A stretch of DNA of 64,000 bases from Myxococcota bacterium. Its GTDB lineage: Bacteria > Myxococcota > B64-G9. Positions 47,937 to 58,324 of this stretch are shown here, piece after piece (the first letter of the stretch is position 1; each line of letters opens with the position of its first letter). The notes below the pieces were generated by a model. That model had not been told where the DNA came from. It searched no databases and saw nothing but the letters and a program-made list of their open reading frames with translations. The position numbers and the translations under genes were made by a program. The DNA lies in the NCBI GenBank assembly GCA_022710975.1, contig JAKLGA010000011.1, positions 14,678 to 78,677 on the forward strand, given 5' to 3'.

Positions 47937-48584
47937 TCAGTCGCCATCACAGAAAGGGCCAGTGACTACAGGAGCAAAGATCACGCTCACCTCGCGTCGG
48001 TTGTTCGCATCATCGAGGAAGGTAACGCTGTAGGAAATCAGAAGCGGGTCGACGGATGTCACCGTAGCCGCGCCAACTACAGAAACAGATCGATACTCGG
48101 GAAATCCCCAGCCTTCCTCTCGCCAGTTCAGGTAGATTGCCGGAGGCGAGGGTGGTATCAGGTCGAAGTCCTCAGGGCGCACATGCTGGACCTCGTAGGT
48201 CTCGTTCAGCATCTTGGGACCCACGACGAACTGAACCATGCTGACCCAACCACAGTAGATCGAAGTACCGGCCTGGCAGTACGGCGGCCGCAGCCGAAGC
48301 TCCAGCATTCCCTCACAAGCGCATCTCGATTCCTCCGGCGATGTCGCCAGGGTGCGTAAATCGTTCCAGCCTGCCTCTCCCTCCTCGGTGGAGGTTCCCA
48401 GGTAGTCTTCGGCAGCCGGAACCGTGGGGTAGAGCTCCTGGCCGCGAACCTCGAGTCCGTCGAACCCGCCGTAATATCTGCGGTACTCTCTTCCAGAGCA
48501 CGGATCGCACCCCGAAAGCGCGACATGCTGAAATGCCAGCAGTCCGGCCAGCAGTCCAAGGGCCACTATGCGGAAAATCCCCAT
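47937..48584 (-). CDS. low-GC putative lipoprotein (hypothetical)
   Basis: The ATG at 48584 is preceded by GGAG. The signal peptide plus lipobox is 'ALGLLAGLLAFQHVALSGC'. GC content (about 57%) and codon usage (AGA, GGA, ATA, TTA) are atypical against the roughly 70% GC background. Confidence 0.5.
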   Translation of the reverse strand: MGIFRIVALGLLAGLLAFQHVALSGCDPCSGREYRRYYGGFDGLEVRGQELYPTVPAAEDYLGTSTEEGEAGWNDLRTLATSPEESRCACEGMLELRLRPPYCQAGTSIYCGWVSMVQFVVGPKMLNETYEVQHVRPEDFDLIPPSPPAIYLNWREEGWGFPEYRSVSVVGAATVTSVDPLLISYSVTFLDDANNRREVSVIFAPVVTGPFCDGD

Positions 48585-48702
48585 TTGCTACTCCGAACAG
48601 ATGCAGTGTAGGTCGCAGCCAGGTGAGTGGTCAATCCCGCGGGCCTCCGTGGTTGACCGCGGCCGGCGGCGGTGAGATGGTGTTCGGCTGAGGAGGGAGA
48701 CC

Positions 48703-49761
48703 ATGCCACGCGCCCCCCGCATCCGCTTCCCGGGCCTGAGCCCGCACGCCATCGAGCACCCGGCCGACCGGGCCGCGCTGACCGCGCTGCGCAAGGTGCC
48801 GGGCTTCGACGTGGTGCTGAAGAAGGTGATCGGCCTGGTGGGCGAGCGCCGCCTGCACGTCCTGTACCTGGCCTCCGCGGTCAAGGTCTCGGACGAGCAG
48901 TTCCCCAAGCTCCAGCGCCTGTACCAGGAGTGCGCCGAGATCCTGGACATGTCCCCGGCCCCCGAGCTGTTCGTCTCCCAGACCCCCTTCGTCAACGCCG
49001 GGGCCATCGGCACCGACCACCCCTTCATCGTGCTGAACTCCGCCACCCTGGAGCTGCTGGACGAGGAGGAGCTGCGCTTCATCCTGGGCCACGAGCTGGG
49101 CCACATCCTGTCCGACCACGTGCTGTACAAGACCATGCTGGTGCTGCTGCTGCGCATGGCGGTGCTGCGCTTCGGGATCCCGCTCGGCTGGCTGGTCATC
49201 TCGGCCGTGCTGGCGGCGCTGGGCGAGTGGGATCGAAAGAGCGAGCTGAGCGCCGATCGCTTCGGCCTGCTGTGCAGCCAGGACCCGCAGGCCTCCGAGG
49301 GGGTCTTCCTCAAGCTGGCCGGGGGCGGGCGCACCGCGGAGATGAGCCGGGAGGCCTTCCGCCGCCAGGCCGCGGAGTACAAGGCCGGGGGCGACATGCT
49401 CGACAGCCTGTACAAGCTGCTGAACCTGCTCGGCCAGACCCACCCCTTCCCGGTGCTGCGCGCGGCCGAGCTGGCCGGCTGGGTGGCCTCCGGGGCCTAC
49501 GCGCGGGTGCTGGGCGGCGAGTACGAGCGGCGCGGCGCGGAGAAGACCGCCTCGGTGGCCGGCGACGCGGCCGCCTCCGCCCGGGACTACCGGGACAAGG
49601 CCGCCGGCAGCCAGGACCCCGTGGTGAACTTCCTGCGGGACGTGGGCGGCAAGGGCCGGCGCCTGCTGGAGCGCGTGTCGCGTCGCCTGACCGGCGAGGA
49701 GGAGAAGCCGGGCGGGGGCGAGGGCGGAGGCGAGGGCGGGGGGCAGGGCGGGGCGTCATGA
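48703..49761 (+). CDS. M48-family (HtpX-like) zinc metallopeptidase
   Basis: The ATG at 48703 follows AGGAGGGAG. The zinc motif is 'LGHELGHILSDH'. The C-terminus is Gly/Glu-rich. Confidence 0.8.
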   Translation: MPRAPRIRFPGLSPHAIEHPADRAALTALRKVPGFDVVLKKVIGLVGERRLHVLYLASAVKVSDEQFPKLQRLYQECAEILDMSPAPELFVSQTPFVNAGAIGTDHPFIVLNSATLELLDEEELRFILGHELGHILSDHVLYKTMLVLLLRMAVLRFGIPLGWLVISAVLAALGEWDRKSELSADRFGLLCSQDPQASEGVFLKLAGGGRTAEMSREAFRRQAAEYKAGGDMLDSLYKLLNLLGQTHPFPVLRAAELAGWVASGAYARVLGGEYERRGAEKTASVAGDAAASARDYRDKAAGSQDPVVNFLRDVGGKGRRLLERVSRRLTGEEEKPGGGEGGGEGGGQGGAS

Positions 49762-50465
49762 TCGAGGTCCAGAGGCTCGTCAAGCGCTACGGCGCGCAGC
49801 CCGCCGTCGACGGCATCTCCTTCAGCGTGGCCAGGGGAGAGGTGCTGGGCTTCCTCGGGCCGAACGGGGCCGGCAAGACCACCACCATGCGCATCCTGAC
49901 CGGGGCCCTGCCGGCCACCGAGGGCCGGGTGAGCGTGGCCGGGCTGGACGTGTTCGATCAGCCCATGGCCGTCAAGCGCAAGGTCGGCTACCTGCCGGAG
50001 GTCCCGCCGCTGTACGAGGAGCTCGACGTGCTGGCCTACCTGCGCTTCGTGGCCCGGCTGAAGGGCCTGCCCGGCAGGCGGGTGAAGAGCGAGGTGGAGC
50101 GCGTGGTGCAGACCTGCGGCCTGGGCGAGGTGCGCGGGCGGCTCATCGCCAACCTGTCCAAGGGCTTCCGCCAGAGGGTGGGGCTGGCCCAGGCGCTGCT
50201 GGCCGACCCCGAGGTGCTCATCCTGGACGAGCCGACCATCGGCCTGGACCCCAACCAGATCGCCGAGATCCGCGGGTTGATCCGGCGGCTGGCCGAGAAC
50301 CACACGGTCGTGCTGTCGACCCACATCCTGCCGGAGGTGATCCAGGTGTGCCAGCGGGTGCTGATCGTGCACCGCGGGCGCATCGTGGCCGACGATCGGC
50401 TCGAGAACCTGACCTCCGAGGCCCGCTCGCTCGAGCAGACCTTCCACGATCTCACCCAGGAGTGA
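49758..50465 (+). CDS. ABC-2-type transporter ATP-binding protein (GldA-like)
   Basis: The start overlaps the M48 stop (ATGA). Walker A is 'GPNGAGKTT', the signature is 'LSKGFRQRV' and Walker B is 'LILDEPT'. Confidence 0.85.
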   Translation: MIEVQRLVKRYGAQPAVDGISFSVARGEVLGFLGPNGAGKTTTMRILTGALPATEGRVSVAGLDVFDQPMAVKRKVGYLPEVPPLYEELDVLAYLRFVARLKGLPGRRVKSEVERVVQTCGLGEVRGRLIANLSKGFRQRVGLAQALLADPEVLILDEPTIGLDPNQIAEIRGLIRRLAENHTVVLSTHILPEVIQVCQRVLIVHRGRIVADDRLENLTSEARSLEQTFHDLTQE

Positions 50466-50476
50466 GGCCAAGCGCC

Positions 50477-51256
50477 ATGCGGCCAGCCATCGCCATCCTG
50501 CGCAAGGAGCTCCGCGTCTACTTCACCACGCCCGTGGCCTACGCGGCCTTCACCGTGTTCAGCATCGTCACCTCGTTCTTCTTCCTGCGGCTGCTGGTCG
50601 GCTTCCAGCGGCAGATCGATCTCAACACGCAGCTCCGCCCGCACCTGCTGCAGTACATGAACTTCACCGACCAGGTGCTGGCGCCGCTGACCTTCCAGAC
50701 GGCGGTGGTGCTGGTGTTCGTGGTGCCCTTCATCACCATGCGGCTGCTGGCCGAGGAGCGCCGCACGCGCACCTTCGAGCTGCTGATGACCAACCCCGTC
50801 GCCCCCTGGCACATCGCCTGGGGCAAGTACCTGGCGACCCTGGTGGTGCTCGCGGTGATGCTGGCGCTGACGCTGCTCTACCCGCTGCTGGTCGGCCTGG
50901 TGGCCCAGGTGGGCGGCGTGGCCTGGGAGACCGTGGGCACCGGCCTGCTGGGCCTGTTCATGCTGGGCGCGGCCTTCGTCGCGCTGGGCCTGTTCATCTC
51001 GGCCCTGACCTCGTCCCAGGTGGTGGCCGCCGTCATCACCTTCTGCGCCCTGCTGCTGCTGTGGGTGGTGGGCTGGGCGGCCACGGAGAACGCCGGCACC
51101 ACCGCCGAGGTGCTGCGGTCCATGAGCGCCATCGAGCACATCCGCTCCTTCGCCTCGGGCGCCCTGGACCTGCGCGATCTGGTCTACTACCTGTCGCTGA
51201 GCCTGTTCGGCCTCTTCATGACCCAGCGGGCCCTCGAGGCCCAGCGCTGGCGCTGA
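50477..51256 (+). CDS. ABC-2-family permease (GldF-like)
   Basis: The protein has six transmembrane segments and lies directly downstream of the ATPase. Confidence 0.75.
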   Translation: MRPAIAILRKELRVYFTTPVAYAAFTVFSIVTSFFFLRLLVGFQRQIDLNTQLRPHLLQYMNFTDQVLAPLTFQTAVVLVFVVPFITMRLLAEERRTRTFELLMTNPVAPWHIAWGKYLATLVVLAVMLALTLLYPLLVGLVAQVGGVAWETVGTGLLGLFMLGAAFVALGLFISALTSSQVVAAVITFCALLLLWVVGWAATENAGTTAEVLRSMSAIEHIRSFASGALDLRDLVYYLSLSLFGLFMTQRALEAQRWR

Positions 51257-51276
51257 GGCGGCGGGAGGCGCGAGCC

Positions 51277-52842
51277 ATGAGCAAGCTGGGTCGCATCCTG
51301 GGCATCTGCGGGCTGGTGGCGCTGCTCAGCGTGCCACTGACGCTCTTCCTGTGGGACTGGCAGCTCACCTGGGTGGCGGTGGCCAAGCTGGCCTTCGGGC
51401 TGGCGGCGCTGGCGGCCTGGTTCCTCAGCGCCCGCCCGCGCCTGGGGCAGACCTTCCGGGCCCGGCCGGCCTTCTACGGCACCTTCGCCGGGTTGTTCAG
51501 CGCGCTGGCCGTGGTCGGGCTGGTGGTGGTCAACTTCCTGGCCCAGGCCCACCCGCTGCGCTGGGACCTCACCCGCGAGCGCATCTTCAGCCTGTCCGCG
51601 CAGACCCTGGACGTGCTGGCCGGGTTGCAGGACACGCTCGAGGTGCGCGCCTTCTTCGGGCCCCAGGAGCCGGAGACCGAGTCGGTCCGCGGCTGGCTGG
51701 AGCGCTACCGGCTGGCCTCGCCGCGCTTCGCCTACGAGCTGGTCGATCCGGTGGTGCGCCTGGAGGCCGTGGAGAAGCACAAGATCGTGCCCGGCGGGCC
51801 GCGCGTGCTGCTCACCTACCGCGGCCGCGAGGAGCGCGTGCGCCTGGGCCAGGTGGACGCCAGCGGCCCCGAGGAGGTCCTGACGGGCGCGCTCATGCGG
51901 CTGACCCAGGCGGGCGGCGAGCGCGTGCTGTGCTTCACCTCGGGCCACGGCGAGCGGTCGCTCACCGGCGAGGACCCGCGCCTGTCCATGAGCCTGTGGG
52001 CCCGGGATCTCGAGGGCGAGGGCTTCCGCACCCAGGCGCTCTCCCTGCTGGAGGCGCGCGAGGTGCCCGCGGCGTGCCTGGCGCTGGTGGTGGCGGGCCC
52101 GGCCCAGGACCTCGCCCCGGACGAGCTGCAGGCCATCGCCGCCTACCTGGACCGCGGCGGCCGGCTGCTGGCGCTCGTCGGCTACGGCGACTCGGCCTCG
52201 CTGAACGCCCTGCTGGCCAAGCGCGGGGCGTTGGTCACCGGGCGCGCGGTCATCTTCCCCGAGGGCCGCTCGCCGCTCGAGGTGGTGACCGATCCGCAGC
52301 AGTACCCCAGCGCCCACCCCATCTTCGCCCGCTTCTTCCAGGGCGGGTCCGTGTCGCTCGGCCAGCTCCAGGCGGTGCTGCCCATGGCGCGCCAGCTCTC
52401 GGTGCACAAGGCCGAGGGCGCGCTGCCCATGCTGGTGCTGGCGTCCTCCAGCGTCAACGCCTGGGCCGAGGCGGACGACGTCGCGGCCGTGGACCAGGTG
52501 GCCTTCGACCCCGAGCGCGACGTGGCCGGCCCGGTGGGCCTGGCGCTGGTAGGCGAGGCGCCCCAGGGCGGCACCCGGCTGGCGGTGTTCGGCTCGTCGT
52601 TGATGGCCTGCGACGCCGCCTACCGCGTGTTCCCCTTCAACAGGAATCTGCTGATGAACACGCTCGCCTGGCTGGCGCACGAGGAGAGCAAGATCACCAT
52701 CCGGCCCCGGCTGCGGGCCGCCTCGCTGCTGCGGCTCGAGGAGGCGGATCTGAAGTTCATCACCTTCCTGGCCTCCGATCTGCTGCCGCTCTCCATCCTG
52801 GCCTTCGGCATCGCGATCTGGCAGCTCAGGCGCTGGGCCTGA
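51277..52842 (+). CDS. GldG-like auxiliary component of the ABC-2 system
   Basis: It has N- and C-terminal transmembrane anchors flanking a large periplasmic domain. Coordinates are taken from the ORF-track frame. Confidence 0.7.
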   Translation: MSKLGRILGICGLVALLSVPLTLFLWDWQLTWVAVAKLAFGLAALAAWFLSARPRLGQTFRARPAFYGTFAGLFSALAVVGLVVVNFLAQAHPLRWDLTRERIFSLSAQTLDVLAGLQDTLEVRAFFGPQEPETESVRGWLERYRLASPRFAYELVDPVVRLEAVEKHKIVPGGPRVLLTYRGREERVRLGQVDASGPEEVLTGALMRLTQAGGERVLCFTSGHGERSLTGEDPRLSMSLWARDLEGEGFRTQALSLLEAREVPAACLALVVAGPAQDLAPDELQAIAAYLDRGGRLLALVGYGDSASLNALLAKRGALVTGRAVIFPEGRSPLEVVTDPQQYPSAHPIFARFFQGGSVSLGQLQAVLPMARQLSVHKAEGALPMLVLASSSVNAWAEADDVAAVDQVAFDPERDVAGPVGLALVGEAPQGGTRLAVFGSSLMACDAAYRVFPFNRNLLMNTLAWLAHEESKITIRPRLRAASLLRLEEADLKFITFLASDLLPLSILAFGIAIWQLRRWA

Positions 52843-52860
52843 GCGGGGGACGCGCGGGCG

Positions 52861-54276
52861 ATGACCTACCGCATGCGCACCCTGATCGGCGCGGCGCTCG
52901 GCCTGCTGCTGGTGGCCGGGCTGGGCGCCTACGCCTACCTGGAGGCGTTCGTGGGCGAGGGGCGCGAGCAGCGCGACGCGGTGCTCGCCCGGCTGGTCTT
53001 CGACCTGGAGCCGTCCGAGGTGAGGCGCCTGGCGCTGGAGGCGCCGGGCGAGCGGGCCGTGGTGGAGCGGAGCCAGGGGACGGACGGGCCGGCCTGGCGG
53101 CTCACCGAGCCGGTCGAGGCCGAGGCCGACGGGGTCGAGGTGGAGGGCGTGCTGTCCAGCCTGCAGCTCCTCGACGCCGTGCGGCGGATCCCCGCCGGCG
53201 AGGCCGGCTCCGCCGAGAGCTACGGCCTGGCGAAGCCCCGCCTGCGCTGGGAGCTCACCCTGGCGGACGGCCGCCGGCTCGCGCTCAGGGTGGGCAAGCT
53301 CAACCCGCTGGGGCAGCTGCTGTACGCGCAGGTGGAGGGCGCGGACGAGGTGCTGGCCCTGCCGGGCCGGATCGAGTCCGCCCTGGAGCGGACCGTGTTC
53401 GACCTGCGCCGCAAGGACCTGGTGCGCTTCGAGCCCGATCAGGTCGAGCGCCTGACCCTCGAGGGAGGGGAGGCCAGGCTCGTGCTCGCCCGGCGCGAGG
53501 GGCGCTGGCGCCTGCAGGCGCCCGTGGAGGACCGGGCCGACGAGCGGGCCGTGGGCAAGGTGCTGCAGACGCTCGCGGCGCTGCGGGCCACGGGCTTCCC
53601 CGGGGCCAACCTGCCGGACGCGGCCCTGGGCCTGGACCGGCCGGCGGCCAAGGTGCGCGTGGAGGGGGCCGCCCCGGGCGTGAGGAGCGAGGTTTGGTTC
53701 GGCCAGGGCAGCCTCAAGAGCAACGCGGATCGGCTGTTCGCGCGCTGCGTGGATCCACCCGGCCCGACCATCCAGGTCGGCCTGCACGTGCTGCCCGTGT
53801 TCCGGCGCCAGGTGATGGAGCTGCGCGATCGCCGGCTGCTCGAGTTCGATCCGGCCGCCGTGAGTCGCATCCGCGCCTCGAGCGAGGGACAGATCGTGGT
53901 GCTCGAGCGGCACGCCCGGGGGGTGGACGGGGGCTGGGACCTGGTCGCCCCGGTGGCCGCCCCGGCCCGGCGGCTGCGGGTCCAGGCCCTGCTGGGCGCC
54001 CTGGGAGAGCTGGAGGCCGAGCAGGTGCTGGCCCCGGGCTCGGAGGGTGCGCACGGGCTGGACGCGCCGCTGCGCACGCTCGCGCTGCTGGACGCGCAGG
54101 GCGGGGAGCTGGCCTCCCTGCGGGTGGGGCGGACCGAGGGCGAGCGGGTGGTGGTGAAGGGCTCGGCTCGTCCCGAGCCCTGCCTGGTGAAGCCGGGGGC
54201 CCTGGCCGCGCTCGCCATGGAGCCCGCGGCGCTGCGGGACGACGACGGCGGGGGGGGCGGGCGTCCAGGGGATTGA
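52861..54276 (+). CDS. DUF4340-like protein (fourth gene of the GldAFG-like cluster)
   Basis: An N-terminal transmembrane anchor is followed by repeated beta-rich domains. This is the typical position downstream of a gldG-like gene. Confidence 0.6.
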   Translation: MTYRMRTLIGAALGLLLVAGLGAYAYLEAFVGEGREQRDAVLARLVFDLEPSEVRRLALEAPGERAVVERSQGTDGPAWRLTEPVEAEADGVEVEGVLSSLQLLDAVRRIPAGEAGSAESYGLAKPRLRWELTLADGRRLALRVGKLNPLGQLLYAQVEGADEVLALPGRIESALERTVFDLRRKDLVRFEPDQVERLTLEGGEARLVLARREGRWRLQAPVEDRADERAVGKVLQTLAALRATGFPGANLPDAALGLDRPAAKVRVEGAAPGVRSEVWFGQGSLKSNADRLFARCVDPPGPTIQVGLHVLPVFRRQVMELRDRRLLEFDPAAVSRIRASSEGQIVVLERHARGVDGGWDLVAPVAAPARRLRVQALLGALGELEAEQVLAPGSEGAHGLDAPLRTLALLDAQGGELASLRVGRTEGERVVVKGSARPEPCLVKPGALAALAMEPAALRDDDGGGGGRPGD

Positions 54277-54347
54277 CTCGCACCCCCCGATTGGCTAGAG
54301 TCCACCGTCCCACCCGCTCCCGCGGGCGATCCCGGAGGTCTTGGAGC

Positions 54348-54569
54348 ATGGCGCGCGTGACCGTGGAAGATTGCCTGGACAACGTCCCCAACCGTTTCGA
54401 GCTGGTCATGCTGGCCACCCGCCGGACCCGCCAGCTGCTCGACGGCGCGAACCCCCTGGTCAAGGCCAGGAACAAGATGCCGATCATGGCGTTGCGGGAG
54501 ATCGCCGCGGGCAAGGTGCGCTTCGCGCGCGACGAGGCCAAGCCGGCCAAGACCGACAAGAAGGCCTGA
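54348..54569 (+). CDS. rpoZ: DNA-directed RNA polymerase subunit omega
   Basis: '[30 protein letters not shown]' is the canonical RpoZ N-terminus. Confidence 0.85.
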   Translation: MARVTVEDCLDNVPNRFELVMLATRRTRQLLDGANPLVKARNKMPIMALREIAAGKVRFARDEAKPAKTDKKA

Positions 54570-54590
54570 GGGCGGAGCGGGGCGGGGGAC

Positions 54591-54935
54591 GTGCCTGGTC
54601 GCGAGCAGCGTCGCTACTCTCGCAAGCGGCTCGAGGTTGACATCCTGGTCGGCTCGCAGCACGCGGGCGGAGAGTGCTACTTCGAGAGCTCCAACCTGAG
54701 CGAGGGCGGGGCCTTCCTAACCTCCGAGCTGCTGCTGGAGGTCGGTGACCTCTTCTGGATCACCTTCTCCATCCCGGGCACGCAGGTGGCGGTGCACTCC
54801 CGCGGCAAGGTCGTGTGGGTGAACCGCAACCCGGACGAGAACGATCCCACCACCCGGTCCGGCATGGGCGTCGAGTTCCTCGGCCTCAGCGAGACCGAGC
54901 GCGCGGCCCTGGCCGACTTCCTGGCGCGGGTGTGA
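54591..54935 (+). CDS. PilZ-domain protein
   Basis: The start is a GTG. 'RRYSRKRLEVDILVG...DLSEGGAFLTS...GMGVEF' carries the PilZ RxxxR and D/NxSxGG motifs. Confidence 0.6.
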   Translation: MPGREQRRYSRKRLEVDILVGSQHAGGECYFESSNLSEGGAFLTSELLLEVGDLFWITFSIPGTQVAVHSRGKVVWVNRNPDENDPTTRSGMGVEFLGLSETERAALADFLARV

Positions 54936-54938
54936 GGC

Positions 54939-56582
54939 TCACTTGAGCTTGAGGCCGAAGAAGCGGCTGGCCGCTTCCTTCTCCTTGCGCAGCCCGATCA
55001 GGCGGATCTCGCGGGCGCAGTCCACGTCCTTGGGGTTGAGCTTGGCCGCCTTCATTAGATTGTTCTGGTAGCCCTGCTCGTCGCCCAGCTTCTGGCACAC
55101 CAGCGCCATGTAGCGGAAGCCCCAGAAGCCCTCGGGGAAGGCCTTGATCACCGCGGCCAGCTCGCCCTTGGCGTTGTGCAGCTTGACCTCGGCCGGCTCG
55201 GTCGAGCGCTGCAGATCCACCCAGTGCCGGTAGGCGGGGTAGTCGCCGTTCTTGGGGTCCAGCTCGGACGCCCAGCGGAAGGCCTCGGAGGCGGCCGTCA
55301 GGTCACCCTTCTTCATGAAGACCAGGCCCTTCTGGAACTGGACCCTGGCCTCCTCGGGCCGCGGCTGGCCGCCGGCGCCCTGGGCGCCACCGCCGGGCTT
55401 GGCCTTCTCCTGGGCCTGCTTCTGCTCGTACTGCTCACGGCCGCCGGAGCTGGACAGCACCTGGTAGGCCTCGTTGATCTTGGACAGGATCACGTCCATG
55501 CGGTGCCGGAGATCCTCGTCCGTGGAGTCGGCCACGCGGTCCGGGTGGTAGACCTTGGCCAGCGTCAGGAAGGACTTCTTGATCCGCTCGCCGTCCGCGT
55601 CCCTGGGCACCTCCAGGACGCCGTAGTGGTCGGCGGTCTTGACCTGCTCGAACTTGGCGTTGATCTTGTCCCGGAGCGCGGCCGGCACGGCCGTCCCGGT
55701 GGCCCCGGCCTGGGCGGGCTTGGCCCCGCGCCGTCCGGCGGCCTCCACCTGGGGGGCGCGACCGGCGCCGGGGTGGGGCACAGCCGGCGCCTGGGGGGCC
55801 GGGCTGGCCGCGGCCCTGGCCCCGGGCATGGGCTGGGCGAAGGAGGCCTCCTCGGTCTCCAGCATGTCGCAGTACATCAGCGCGATGAGCATCATCATGC
55901 CGGAGGTCGGCCCGGAGCGGACGCCGCGCACGTACTCCTGCGGCAGGCGGAACTCCTCGAGCAGCTTGGCGTCGGCCAGATCGTCGGGCGGGAACTCGAA
56001 CAGATCTCCGCGCTCGACGAACTGGTGCGACGCCCGCACCGCCCGGCCGATCAGCGGGTTCAGCCCCTTCTTCAGATCGTCGGCCTTGTAGGTGTTGCGG
56101 ATGGCGTTGTACACGAGCGCGAACGGGTTGATGGGGATGGCCTCCAGGGGTAGCGGCAGCACGTCGTCCTCGAAGAAGTCGTAGCTGCCCGAGGTCAGCG
56201 CGAACAGGCGCGAGATCTTGCGCGCGATCTGCAGCGCCAGACCGCGCGCGAGCTTCTTCTCGTCGAGCTTGCCCATGTCCAGCAGGATCTGGCCCTGGAG
56301 GCGTTTCTCCTTGGCCAGGCGCATGAGCGACTCGTTGAAGGCCGCGTCGTCGATGTAGCCGAGCTCGCGCAGCACCTGGCCCAGGTAGTCCGAGCTCCTG
56401 GGCGCGTGCACCCCGGCTGGGAAGCCGTCCTCGAAGAAGATCCAGGGTTTCTGCCCCTCGGCCTCCAGGCGCAGCATCCCGCTCAGCCGCGCGTTGAGGA
56501 TCTGCGCGATGAGCAGGGGCAGCGGCCGCTCCTCCAGCCTACCCTGGGGCACGAACGGCGGCAGGTTGCTGGTGGTGCTCAT
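54939..56582 (-). CDS. DUF4388 / J-domain (DnaJ-like) / TPR protein
   Basis: The ATG at 56582 follows GGAG and overlaps the upstream stop (ATGA). The J domain 'DHYGVLEVPRDADGERIKKSFLTLAKVYHPDRV' carries the HPD motif. Confidence 0.7.
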   Translation of the reverse strand: MSTTSNLPPFVPQGRLEERPLPLLIAQILNARLSGMLRLEAEGQKPWIFFEDGFPAGVHAPRSSDYLGQVLRELGYIDDAAFNESLMRLAKEKRLQGQILLDMGKLDEKKLARGLALQIARKISRLFALTSGSYDFFEDDVLPLPLEAIPINPFALVYNAIRNTYKADDLKKGLNPLIGRAVRASHQFVERGDLFEFPPDDLADAKLLEEFRLPQEYVRGVRSGPTSGMMMLIALMYCDMLETEEASFAQPMPGARAAASPAPQAPAVPHPGAGRAPQVEAAGRRGAKPAQAGATGTAVPAALRDKINAKFEQVKTADHYGVLEVPRDADGERIKKSFLTLAKVYHPDRVADSTDEDLRHRMDVILSKINEAYQVLSSSGGREQYEQKQAQEKAKPGGGAQGAGGQPRPEEARVQFQKGLVFMKKGDLTAASEAFRWASELDPKNGDYPAYRHWVDLQRSTEPAEVKLHNAKGELAAVIKAFPEGFWGFRYMALVCQKLGDEQGYQNNLMKAAKLNPKDVDCAREIRLIGLRKEKEAASRFFGLKLK

Positions 56583-58324
56583 GGCCGCTCCGAGTTTACT
56601 CCGCCCGCGGAAGGGGGGGCAAGGGACAGCCGCGCCCGGCACGCCCCGCGCGGCAGGCTGAACCCCGCGCCCCGGGGGTAGCCCGCGGACACGCTCACCG
56701 GCAGCCGGCCGGTGATCGCCCCGCGCCCCGCCAGGGCCTGGGCGGCGGCCACCTGGGCCGCGGGCAGGTAGGAGTAGGTGCACACGTACCCCGCCACGCG
56801 CGGGAAGTTGCGCAGGTAGTAGGGCGAGGCGAAGGACACGGCCACGACCGGCACCCGGGTGCGCCGCACCAGCTCCTGGACCAGCCAGGCCTGGTAGGCG
56901 TTGTGCACGCCCACCACCAGCGCTCGGTGGTCGGGGGCGAGCTCGAGCAACCGCGCGAGCTCGCGCTGGCGCTGGGCGTCGGACGGGCGCACCCGCAGCT
57001 CCACGGCGGTGACCCCTGGCAGCAGCCGCTGGAGCTCCTGGCGGAAGGGCTTGAGCGGGGAGGCCACCAGGACGCCCTGGCCCTGGCAGAGCGGCAGCAG
57101 CTTGCCCTCGTTGCGCACCAGCGTGAGCCCGCGCACCGCCACCGCCCAGGTGAGCTGCTGGTGGCGCGGGTTGGGCAGCAGCCGGCCGAGCTCGGCCCGC
57201 GGCGCCCGGTGGGCGTCCAGGGTGCCCAGGCGATCCTTGAGGCGCAGGATGCGGCGCACCGACTCGTCCAGGCGCGCGGACGGGATGCGCCCCGCGCGCA
57301 CGGCGCCGAGCAGGGCCTGCACCACCTCGGTCTTGCGGCGCGGGGTCCAGATGACCATGACCATGTCCGCGCCCGCCAGGACGGCGCGCACGGCGGCCTC
57401 GCCCACCCCCAGCTCGCCGGAGATGGCGCGCATCTCCAGATCGTCGGTGATCACCAGCCCCTCGAAGCCCAGCCGCTCCCGCAGCAGGTCGTGGACCACC
57501 CGCGGCGACAGCGAGCCGGGCGTCCCCGCCGGCTCGATCGCGGGCACCTGGACGTGGGCGGTCATGACCGCGTCCAGCCCGGCGCCGACGGCCTGCCGGA
57601 AGGGGACCAGGTCCACGGACTCCAGCTCCTCCAGACCGGCCTCGATGCGCGGCAGGGAGAAGTGGGAGTCGGCCGCGGTGGTGCCGTGCCCGGGGAAGTG
57701 CTTGGCCACCGTGGCCAGCCCGGCCTCCTGCTGCCCGGTGATGTAGGCCGTGCCCAGGGCGGCCACCAGGCCCGGCTCGTCGCCGAAGGCGCGCACGTTG
57801 ATGACCGGGTTCCTGGGGTTGTGGTTGATGTCCAGCACCGGGGCCAGGTTCATGTCGAAGCCCAGCATGCGCAGCTCGGTCCCCACCGCCTGGCCCACCA
57901 GGTAGGCCAGCATGGGGTCGCGCGTGGCCCCCAGCGTCATGGCGCCAGGCAGCACGGCCAACGGGTGGTGGACGCGCACCACGTTCCCGCCCTCCTGGTC
58001 GATGGCCAGGAAGGGCTGCACCTCCTCGGCCATGACCTGACGCACGTCGCGGATGAGGCGCTGCGCCTGGGCGGCGGACTGGATGTTGCGGGTGTACAGG
58101 GCCACCGCGCCGATGTGGTGACCCCTGAGCAGGCGCTCGATCTCGGGGCCCATCTCCCGCCCGCCGAAGCCGACCATGAGCAGCTGGCCCACCTTGGACT
58201 CGAGGTCGAGGCGCTCGAGCAGGGCCTCCACGCGCGCCTCGTCCGCGGGCGCCGGCCCGGCGAACCCGCCGGCCAGGAGCCCGGCCAGGAGCGCGGCGAG
58301 CAGGCAGCGGCGCGCGGGGCGCAT
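56579..58324 (-). CDS. glycoside hydrolase family 3 (NagZ-like beta-N-acetylhexosaminidase) with signal peptide
   Basis: The ATG at 58324 overlaps the M23 stop by one nucleotide. 'KHFPGHGTT' and 'DDLEM' are GH3 signatures. Confidence 0.8.
   Translation of the reverse strand: MRPARRCLLAALLAGLLAGGFAGPAPADEARVEALLERLDLESKVGQLLMVGFGGREMGPEIERLLRGHHIGAVALYTRNIQSAAQAQRLIRDVRQVMAEEVQPFLAIDQEGGNVVRVHHPLAVLPGAMTLGATRDPMLAYLVGQAVGTELRMLGFDMNLAPVLDINHNPRNPVINVRAFGDEPGLVAALGTAYITGQQEAGLATVAKHFPGHGTTAADSHFSLPRIEAGLEELESVDLVPFRQAVGAGLDAVMTAHVQVPAIEPAGTPGSLSPRVVHDLLRERLGFEGLVITDDLEMRAISGELGVGEAAVRAVLAGADMVMVIWTPRRKTEVVQALLGAVRAGRIPSARLDESVRRILRLKDRLGTLDAHRAPRAELGRLLPNPRHQQLTWAVAVRGLTLVRNEGKLLPLCQGQGVLVASPLKPFRQELQRLLPGVTAVELRVRPSDAQRQRELARLLELAPDHRALVVGVHNAYQAWLVQELVRRTRVPVVAVSFASPYYLRNFPRVAGYVCTYSYLPAAQVAAAQALAGRGAITGRLPVSVSAGYPRGAGFSLPRGACRARLSLAPPSAGGVNSERP

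Noticed and set aside
51187-54054. 955-aa minus-strand ORF and the 1072-aa plus-strand ORF 51351..54569
   Set aside because: Both are alternative-frame artefacts across the GldG-like and DUF4340 genes. Only the last 222 nt of the plus-strand ORF (rpoZ) are real.
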